Positions 1 to 9,099 of a stretch of 64,000 nt of DNA are shown piece by piece. Below the pieces are notes generated by a model. The model did not search any database and was not told the origin of the DNA. It saw only the letters and a list, made by a program, of their open reading frames with translations. Origin of the DNA: Paragordius varius (taxonomy: Eukaryota; Animalia; Nematomorpha); contig OZ176053.1 in NCBI GenBank assembly GCA_964247055.1, positions 13,826,001-13,890,000 on the forward strand, given 5' to 3'. The position numbers and the translations under genes were made by a program. Within the stretch, counting starts at the first letter, position 1; every line of letters starts with the position of its first letter.

Positions 1-2
1 GT

Positions 3-1049
3 CAAAAGTCACGGTTTAACATTGCAGTAAGCCCGACGTATAAATGGAACCCGAACACCACCGTTTGGGAGCGATTGCATCTCGATATAGCGGGGCCCGT
101 AGATAACCTTTACTGGGTCATACTTATAGATCACTGCACCCGTTGGGTGGAAGTAGCACAGCTTAAAACAGTGAACTCGATCAGTATTTTGAAAGTTTTA
201 GAAGGTTGGTTTGCACGATATGGCACCCCAGAGATGATCGTAACTGATAATGCGTCGTATTTTAAGTCCGGTGATTTTGAAAGAATATTAAGTTCCTCTA
301 ATATCAAGCATGTAACCTCTGCGCCATACCACCCTCGGACAAATGGTTTAGTGGAAAGAGTCATTCAAACATTGAAAACGCACTATTATATGTGTTCTGA
401 AGTAGCAGATCCAGAACGCCGGTTAAACCAGGTACTGTGGGCTTACAGATCAGCACATCACAATGGTATAAATGAGACACCTGCACGACTATTCCTAAAA
501 CGAAATATACCGACTCCGCTGTCTTGGATGAAAGGCAAACCAAAGGATTATATCGATGGTACCTCAGATATTATACGTGAGTTCGTTCCAGGTGAGAAAG
601 TGTTTATAAAAAATGAGTTGGAAGCCGGTTGGCGAGAGGGAAAAGTTGTAGAGCGGACTGGATTATTGTCCTACAATATCGAAGATAGAGGTAGGGTTTT
701 ACGAAAGCATACGGATCAATTAAGAAGGCGAAAAGAAGGTCCCGATGAACTTAAGCTAGACGACCCGAAAGAATTGGATAAGCTAGACGACCCGAAAGAA
801 TTGGAATCGGAACAACAGAATAATAATGATAATATCATAGCCACCCCATTGCATGGTCCTCCTATTGATGACAATATTAATAATGATGATACCAATCCTT
901 CCCCGGATATTTGTCAAGATTTCCACAATAATCAGCAAAGTCCCAACGGCGATAAGATTGCAGAACCCCCAAGCTTTGAAGTACCAGTGGAGAGACGCTA
1001 TCCTACCAGAAACCGAAAAGCCCCTGACAGATATACAAATCACTTTTAA
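3..1049 (+). CDS. Retrotransposon integrase, C-terminal part of Pol (5'-partial)
   Basis: The frame is open from nt 3 (QKSRFNIAVSPTYKWNPNTTVWERLHLDIAGP...); the track's start at 75 is an internal TTG. DDE triad: HLDIAG, IVTDNA, NGLVER, with exact D-X35-E spacing. The core is followed by an SH3-like/GPF-type segment (FVPGEKVF...W..G.V....G..SY...RKHTDQL) and an acidic/Asn/Pro-rich tail. No stop or frameshift, and no chromodomain seen. Confidence 0.93.
   Translation, partial: QKSRFNIAVSPTYKWNPNTTVWERLHLDIAGPVDNLYWVILIDHCTRWVEVAQLKTVNSISILKVLEGWFARYGTPEMIVTDNASYFKSGDFERILSSSNIKHVTSAPYHPRTNGLVERVIQTLKTHYYMCSEVADPERRLNQVLWAYRSAHHNGINETPARLFLKRNIPTPLSWMKGKPKDYIDGTSDIIREFVPGEKVFIKNELEAGWREGKVVERTGLLSYNIEDRGRVLRKHTDQLRRRKEGPDELKLDDPKELDKLDDPKELESEQQNNNDNIIATPLHGPPIDDNINNDDTNPSPDICQDFHNNQQSPNGDKIAEPPSFEVPVERRYPTRNRKAPDRYTNHF
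752..805 (+). repeat. Perfect in-frame 27-bp tandem duplication in the integrase tail
   Basis: TAAGCTAGACGACCCGAAAGAATTGGA at 752-778 and 779-805, encoding KLDDPKEL twice. Confidence 0.95.
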
Positions 1050-1052
1050 ATT

Positions 1053-1064
1053 AGATAGGAGATA
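1053..1064 (+). other. Polypurine tract (plus-strand primer site), imperfect
   Basis: AGATAGGAGATA lies between the pol stop codon and the TGTTAT LTR start. Confidence 0.65.
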
Positions 1065-1194
1065 TGTTATGTATAATAACTTATTTGTTTTTGTTAACTT
1101 AACTCAATTAATCTTATTTTAGTTACCATTGAAAATATAATTTGTGCATAATACACCTTTATACTTGTTACGCTAAAAATGTATATTATCTTGG

Positions 1195-1296
1195 TTGTGA
1201 ATGCTTTTACCTAAATAATGTAATATTGAACCTTATGCAAATATATAACTTGTGAATGCTTTCATCTAAATATTGAAATATTTAACCTTATGCAAA
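1195..1296 (+). repeat. Imperfect tandem duplication (period 55 bp) in the putative U3
   Basis: TTGTGAATGCTTT...CTAAATA...AACCTTATGCAAA at 1195-1241 and 1250-1296. Confidence 0.85.
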
Positions 1297-1317
1297 AATG
1301 CAACCTCGCTCTAAAAC

Positions 1318-1326
1318 TATATATAA
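1318..1326 (+). promoter_or_regulatory. Candidate LTR TATA box
   Basis: TATATATAA upstream of the AATAAA, in the order expected for U3-R. Weak evidence in such AT-rich sequence. Confidence 0.4.
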
Positions 1327-1352
1327 TGGAACATAGTTTTTTTATGATATAG

Positions 1353-1358
1353 AATAAA
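1353..1358 (+). terminator. Candidate LTR polyadenylation signal
   Basis: AATAAA 22 bp before the LTR end. Confidence 0.45.
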
Positions 1359-1380
1359 TTCCTTTTTTCCACTTATTACA

Positions 1381-3064
1381 GTATCGTTGTAAAAATCGGA
1401 TATGAAAGAGTTTGTCAAACTATTTCTATATTTTGATGTAGTCTTACTAAGAGAATGTATAAAAAATTATTCTGTTCACCGGTGAACAATATCCGATTTT
1501 TAAGGACAAAGTTTAACTTGAGTATTGATGCGACTGGTTTAATACCATAATTTTTAAAGTATCGTTGTAAAAATCGGATATGAAAGAGTTTGTCAAAATA
1601 TCTCTATATTTTGATGTAGTCTTACTAAGAGAATGTATAAAAAATTATTTTGTTCACCGGTGACCAATATCCGATTTTTAAGGACAAAGTTTAACTAAAG
1701 TATTGATGCGACTTATTGATACGACTACTTTTATACATTAATTTATAAAGTATCGTTGTAAAAATCGGATATGAAAGAGTTTGTCAAACTATCTCTATAT
1801 TTTGATGTAGTCTTGCTAAGAGAATGTATAGAAAATAATTTTGTTCACCGGTGACCAATATCCGATTTTTAAGGACAAAGTTTAACTTGAGTATTGATGC
1901 GACTAGTTTAATACATTAATTTTTAAAGTATCGTTGTAAAAATCGGATATGAAAGAGTTTGTCAAACTATCTCTATATTTTGATGTAGTCTTGCTATGAG
2001 AATGTATAGAAAAGAATTTTGTTCACCGGTGACCAATATCCGATTTTTAAGGACAAAGTTTAACTAGAGTATTGATGCGACTTATTGATACGACTAGTTT
2101 TATAATTTATAAAGTATCGTTGTAAAAATCGGATATGAAAGAGTTTGTCAAACTATTTCTATATTTTGATGTAGTCCTACTAAGAGAATGTATAAAAAAT
2201 TATTTTGTTCACCGGTAAACAATATCCGATTTTTAAGGCAAAGTTTAACTTGAGTATTGATGCGACTGGTTTAATACCATAATTTTTAAAGTATCGTTGT
2301 AAAAATCGGATATGAAAGAGTTTGTCAAACTATCTCTATATTTTGATGTAGTCTTACTAAGCGAATGTATAAAAAATTATTTTGTTCACCGGTGACCAAT
2401 ATCCGATTTTTAAGGACAAAGTTTAACTAGAGTATTGATGCGACTTATTGATACGACTAGTTTTATACATTAATTTATAAAGTATCGTTGTAAAAATCGG
2501 ATATGAAAGAGTTTGTCAAACTATCTCTATATTTTGATGTAGTCTTGCTAAGAGAATGTATAGAAAATAATTTTGTTCACCGGTGACCAATATTCGATTT
2601 TTAAGGACAAAGTTTAACTTGAGTATTGATGCGACTAGTTTAACACATTAATTTTTAAATTATCGTTGTAAAAATCGGATATGAAAGAGTTTGGCAAACT
2701 ATCTCTATATTTTGATGTAGTCTTACTAAGAGAATGTATAAAAAATTATTTTGTTCAACGGTGACCAATATCCGATTTTTATGGACAAAGTTTAACTTGA
2801 GTATTGATGCGACTAGTTTAATACATTAATTTTTAAAGTATCGTTGTAAAAATCGGATATGAAAGAGTTTGTCAAACTATCTCTATATTTTGATGTAGTC
2901 TTACTAAGAGAATGTATAAAAAATAATTTTGTTCACCGGTGACCAATATTCGATTTTTAAGGACAAAGTTTAACTTGAGAATTGATGCGACTGGTTTAAT
3001 ACCATAATTTTTAAAGTATCGGTGTAAAAATCGGATATGAAAGAGTTTGTCAAACTATCTCTAT
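1381..3064 (+). repeat. Satellite A, forward block: 9 full monomers plus one partial (178 and 191 bp types)
   Basis: Monomer starts (GTATCGTTGTAAAAATCGG) at 1381, 1559, 1750, 1928, 2114, 2291, 2482, 2660, 2838 and 3016. Confidence 0.97.
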
Positions 3065-3066
3065 TT

Positions 3067-5900
3067 ATCAATACTCAAGTTAAACTTTGTCCTTAAAAAT
3101 CGAATATTGGTCACCGGTGAACAAAATTATTTTTTATATATTCTCTTAGCAAGACTACATCAAAATATAGAGATAGTTTGACAAACTCTTTCATATCCGA
3201 TTTTTACAACGATACTTTAAAAATTAATGTATAAAACTAGTCGTATCAATAAATCGCATCAATACTCAAGTTAAACTTTGTCCTTAAAAATCGGATATTG
3301 GTCACCGGTGAACAAAATTATTTTTTATACATTCTCTTAGTAGGACTACATCAAAATATAGAGATAGTTTGGCAAACTCTTTCATATCGGATTTTTACAA
3401 CGATACTTTAAAAATTAATGTATAAAACTCCTCGCATTAATACTCAAGTTAAACTTTGTCGTTTAAAATCGAATATTGGTCACCGGTGAACAAAATTATT
3501 TTTTATACATTCTCTTAATAAGACTGCATCAAAATATAGAAATAGTTTGACAAACTCTTTCATATCCGACTTTTACAACGATACTTTAAAAATTAATGTA
3601 TTAAACTATCGCATCAATACTCAAATTAAACTTTGTCCTTAAAAATCGGATATTGGTCACCGGTGAACAAAATTATTTTTTATATATTCTCTTAGCAAGA
3701 CTACATCAAAATATAGAGATAGTTTGACAAACTCTTTCATATCCGATTTTTACAACGATACTTTAAAAATTAATGTATAAAACTAGTCGTATCAATAAAT
3801 CGCATCAATACTCAAGTTAAACTTTATCCTTAAAAATCGGATATTGGTCACCAGTAGGACTACATCAAAATATAGAGATAGTTTGTCAAACTCTTTCATA
3901 TCCTATTTTTACAACAATACTTTAAAAATTAATGTCTTAAACTAGTCGCATCAATACTCAAGTTAAACTTTGTCCTTAAAAATCGAATATTGGTCACAAG
4001 TGAACAAAATTATTTTTTATACATTCTCTTAGTAAGACTACATCAAAATATAGAGATAGTTTGGCAAACTCTTTCATATTCGATTTTTACAACGATACTA
4101 TAAAAATTAATGTGTTAAACTAGTCGCATCAATACTCAAGTTAAACTTTGTCCTTAAAAATCGAATATTGGTCACCGGTGAACAAAATTATTTTTTATAC
4201 ATTCTCTTAATAAGACTGCATCAAAATATAGAAATAGTTTGACAAACTCTTTCATATCCGATTTTTACAACGATACTTTAAAAATTAATGTATTAAACTA
4301 TCGCATCAATACTCAAATTAAACTTTGTCCTTAAAAATCGGATATTGGTCACCGGTGAACAAAATTATTTTTTATATATTCTCTTAGCAAGACTACATCA
4401 AAATATAGAGATAGTTTGACAAACTCTTTAATATCCGATTTTTACAACGATACTTTAAAAATTAATGTATAAAACTAGTCGTATCGATAAATCGCATCTA
4501 TACTCAAGTTAAACTTTGTCTTTAAAAATCGGATATTGGTCACCGGTGAACAAAATTATTTTTTATACATTCTCTTAGTAGGACTACATCAAAATATAGA
4601 GATAGTTTGGCAAACTCTTTCATATCCGATCTTTACAACGATACTTTAAAAATTAATGTATAAAACTAGTCGCATCAATACTCAAGTTAAACTTTGTCCT
4701 TAAAAATCGAATATTGGTCACCGGTGGACAAAATTATTTTTTATATATTCTCTTAGCAAGACTACATCAAAATATAGAGATAGTTTGACAAACTCTTTCA
4801 TATCCGATTTTTACAACGATACTTTAAAAATTAATGTATAAAACTAGTCGTATCAATAAATCGCATCAATACTCAAGTTAAACTTTGTCCTTAAAAATCG
4901 GATATTGGTCACCGGTGAACAAAATTATTTTTTATACATTCTCTTAGTAGGACTACATCAAAATATAGAGATAGTTTGGCAAACTCTTTCTTATCCGATT
5001 TTTACAACGATACTTTAAAAATTAATGTATAAAACTAGTCGCATCAATACTCAAGTTAAACTTTGTCCTTTAAAATCGAATATTGGTCACCGGTGAACAA
5101 AATTATTTTTTATACATTCTCTTAGTAAGACTACATCAAAATATAGAAATAGTTTGACAAACTCTTTCATATCCGATTTTTACAACGATACTTTAAAAAT
5201 TAATGTATTAAACTAGTCGCATCAATACTCAGGTTAAACTTTGTCCTTAAAAATCGGATATTGGTCACTTTTATACATTCTCTTAGCAAGACTACATCAA
5301 AATATAGAGATAGTTTGACAAACTCTTTCATATCCCATTTTTACAACGATAGTTTAAAAAATAATGTATAAAACTAGTCGTATCAATAAATCGCATCAAT
5401 ACTCAAGTTAAACTTTGTCATTAAAAATCGGATATTGGTCACCGGTGAACAAAATTATTTTTTATACATTCTCTTAGTAGGACTACATCAAAATATAGAG
5501 ATAGTTTGGCAAACTCTTTCATATCCGATTTTTACAACGATACTTTAAAAATTAATGTATTAAACTAGTCGCATCAATACTCAAGTTAAACTTTGTCCTT
5601 AAAAATCGGATATTGGTCACTTTTATACATTCTCTTAGCAAGACTACATCAAAATATAGAGATAGTTTGACAAACTCTTTCATATCCGTTTTTACAACGA
5701 TACTTTAAAAATTAATGTATAAAACTAGTCGCATCAATACTCAAGTTAAACTTTGTCCTTAAAAATCGGATATTGGTCACTTTTATACATTCTCTTAGCA
5801 AGACTACATCAAAATATAGAGATAGTTTGACAAACTCTTTCATATCCGTTTTTACAACGATACTTTAAAAATTAATGTATAAAACTAGTCGCATCAATAC
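3067..5900 (-). repeat. Satellite A, inverted block: 16 monomers (146-191 bp)
   Basis: Reverse complement of the same monomer. ATCAATACT phase marker at 3067, 3258, 3436, 3613, 3804, 3950, 4128, 4305, 4496, 4674, 4865, 5043, 5221, 5395, 5573, 5733 and 5893. Confidence 0.97.
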
Positions 5901-8900
5901 TAGGTAGCCATTTTTATTTTTAAAATCGTATAAAATAAATTTTTTAAATATTTAAAAAATTCATAAAAATTACATTTATACTCCGATCTCGACAATATTT
6001 GGGGTGATGATGGAACTACCATAGGGCTACCCAAAAAAAATTATGGTGACATCACCTGATCAAATTTGGATTTTAGGAAGCCATTTTTATTTTTAAAATC
6101 GTATATAATAAATTTTTTAAATATTTAAAAAATTCATAAAAATTACATTTAAAGTCCGATCTCAAAAATATTTGGGGTGATGATGGAACCACCATAGGGT
6201 TAGCCAAAAAAAATTATGGTGACATCACCTGATCAAATTTGGATTTTAGGTAGCCATTTTTATTTTTAAAATCGTATAAAATAAATTTTTTAAATATTTA
6301 AAAAATTCATAAAAATTACATTTAAAGTCCGATCTCGAAAATATTTGGGGTGATGATGGAACTACCATAGGGCTACCCAAAAAAATTATGGCGACATCAC
6401 TTGATCAAGTTTGGATTTTAGGTAGCCATTTTTATTTTTAAAATCGTATAAAATAAATTTTTTAAATATATAAAAAATTCATAAAAAATACATTAACAGT
6501 CCCATCTCAAAAATATTTGGGGTGATTATGGAACTACCATAGGGTTAGCCAAAAAAAATTATGGTGACATCACCTGATCAAATTTGGATTTTAGGTAGCC
6601 ATTTTTATTTTTAAAATCGTATAAAATAAATTTTTTAAATATTTAAAAAATTCATAAAAATTACATTTAAAGTCCGATCTCAAAAATATTTGGGGTGATG
6701 ATGGAACCACCATAGGGTTAGCCAAAAAAAATTATGGTGACATCACCTGATCAAATTTGGATTTTAGGTAGCCATTTTTATTTTTAAAATCGTATAAAAT
6801 AAATTTTTTAAATATTTAAAAAATTCATAAAAATTACATTTAAAGTCCGATCTCGAAAATAGTTGGGGTGATGATGGAACTACCATAGGGCTACACAAAA
6901 AAAATTATGGCGACATCACCTGATCAAATTTGGATTTTAGGTAGCCATTTTTATTTTTAAAATCGTATAAAATAAATTTTTTAAATATTTAAAAAATTCA
7001 TAAAAATTACATTTATACTCCGATCTCGAAAATATTTGGGGTGATGATGGAACTACTATAGGGCTACCCAAAAAAATTATGGCGACATCACTTGATCAAA
7101 TTTGGATTTTAGGTAGCCATTTTTATTTTTAAAATTGTATAAAATAAATTTTTTAAATATTTAAAAAATTCATAAAAATTACATTTATACTCCGATCTCG
7201 AAAATATTTGGGGTGATGATGGAACTACCATAGGGCTACCCAAAAAAATTATGGTGACATCACCTGATCAAATTTGGATTTTAGGAAGCCATTTTTATTT
7301 TTAAAATCGTATAAAATAAATTTTTTAAATATTTAAAAAATTCATAAAAATTACATTTAAAGTCCGATCTCAAAAATATTTGGGGTGATGATGGAACTAC
7401 TATAGGGCTACCCAAAAAAATTATGGCGACATCACTTGATCAAGTTTGGATTTTAGGTAGCCATTTTTATTTTTAAAATCGTATAAAATAAATTTTTTAA
7501 ATATTTAAAAATTCATAAAAATTACATTAACAGTCCCATCTCAAAAATATTTGGGGTGATTATGGAACTACCATGGGGCTACACAAAAAAAATTATGGCG
7601 AAATCACCTGATCAAATTTGGATTTTAGGTAGCCATTTTTATTTTTAAAATCGTATAAAATAAATTTTTTAAATATTTAAAAAATTCATAAAAATTACAT
7701 TTATACTCCGATCTCGAAAATATTTGGGGTGATGATGGAACTACTATAGGGCTACCCAAAAAATTATGGCGACATCACTTGATCAAATTTGGATTTTAGG
7801 TAGCCATTTTTATTTTTAAAATTGTATAAAATAAATTTTTTAAATATTTAAAAAATTCATAAAAATTACATTTATACTCCGATCTCGAAAATATTAGGGG
7901 TGATGATGGGACTACCATAGGGCTACCCAAAAAAATTATGGTGACATCACCTGATCAAATTTGGATTTTAGGAAGCCATTTTTATTTTTAAAATCGTATA
8001 AAATAAATTTTTTAAATATTTAAAAAATTCATAAAAATTACATTTAAAGTCCGATCTCAAAAATATTTGGGGTGATGATGGAACCACCATAGGGTTAGCC
8101 AAAAAAAAATTATGGTGACATCACCTGATCAAATTTGGATTTTAGGTAGCCATTTTTATTTTTAAAATCGTATAAAATAAATTTTTTAAATATTTAAAAA
8201 ATTCATAAAAATTACATTTATACTCCGATCTCAAAAATATTTGGGGAGATGATGGAACTACTATAGGGCTACCCAAAAAAATTATGACGACATCACTTGA
8301 TCAAGTTTGGATTTTAGGTAGCCATTTTTATTTTTAAAATCGTATAAAATAAATTTTTTAAATATTTAAAAATTCATAAAAATTACATTAACAGTCCCAT
8401 CTCAAAAATATTTGGGGTGATTATGGAACTACCATAGGGCTACCCAAAAAAATTATGGCGACATCAACTGATCAAATTTGGATTTTAGGTAGCCATTTTT
8501 ATTTTTAAAATCGTATAAAATAAATTTTTTAAATATTTTAAAAATTTATAAAAATTACATTTATACTCCGATCTCGACAATATTTGGGGTGATGATGGAA
8601 CTACCATAGGGCTACCCAAAAAAAATTATGGTGACATCACCTGATCAAATTTGGATTTTAGGTAGCCATTTTTATTTTTAAAATCGTATAAAATAAATTT
8701 TTTAAATATTTGAAAAATTCATAAAAATTACATTTATACTCCGATCTCAAAAATATTTGGGGTGATGATGGAACTACTATAGGGCTACCCAAAAAAATTA
8801 TGGCGACATCACTTGATCAAGTTTGGATTTTAGGTAGCCATTTTTATTTTTAAAATCGTATAAAATAAATTTTTTAAATATTTAAAAATTCATAAAAATT

Positions 8901-9099
8901 ACATTAACAGTCCCATCTCAAAAATATTTGGGGTGATTATGGAACTACCATGGGGCTACACAAAAAAAATTATGGCGAAATCACCTGATCAAATTTGGAT
9001 TTTAGGTAGCCATTTTTATTTTTAAAATCGTATAAAATAAATTTTTTAAATATTTTAAAAATTTATAAAAATTACATTTACAGTCCGATCTCAAAAATA

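Larger units (their letters stand above)
1..1380 (+). mobile_element. 3' part of a Ty3/gypsy-type LTR retrotransposon (integrase, PPT, 3' LTR), truncated by the window start
   Basis: The integrase is the last domain before the PPT and LTR, which is the gypsy domain order. The stop codon lies 15 bp before a TG...CA-bounded segment with TATA and AATAAA, which abuts satellite DNA. Confidence 0.92.
1065..1380 (+). repeat. 3' long terminal repeat, 316 bp
   Basis: Starts TGTTAT directly after the PPT and ends ATTACA (5/6 inverted match) exactly where satellite A begins. The 5' LTR is outside the window, so the boundaries are not confirmed by comparison. Confidence 0.75.

Noticed and set aside
75-77. 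Start codon assigned by the ORF track
   Set aside because: It is a TTG (Leu) inside an open frame that runs to the window edge; the protein is part of a longer Pol.
600-1049. Chromodomain at the integrase C-terminus
   Set aside because: No chromodomain aromatic-cage pattern; the tail is low-complexity acidic/Asn/Pro sequence.
131-1122. Short ORFs 131-364, 361-543, 783-1043 (minus strand) and 853-1122 (plus strand)
   Set aside because: Shadow frames overlapping the integrase, with no recognisable motifs.
3016-3260. Simple fold-back (breakage-fusion-bridge) origin of the inversion
   Set aside because: The inverted block is not a mirror image of the forward block and has different diagnostic bases.
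1381-6073. Common ancestry of satellites A and B (shared AAAATCG, TCCGAT, GGTGA/TCACC words; similar length)
   Set aside because: The matches are only 5-7 bp with non-matching spacing, and I found no collinear alignment. A profile alignment against shuffled controls would settle it.
6002-6085. Conserved RNA-like hairpins in the GC-richer half of satellite B (CCATA/TATGG, GGTGA/TCACC, GGCTACC/GGTAGCC)
   Set aside because: Common variants (CTATA, TATAG, TTTGG, GGCGA) break the stems without compensatory partners. No tRNA, rRNA or snRNA features were seen.
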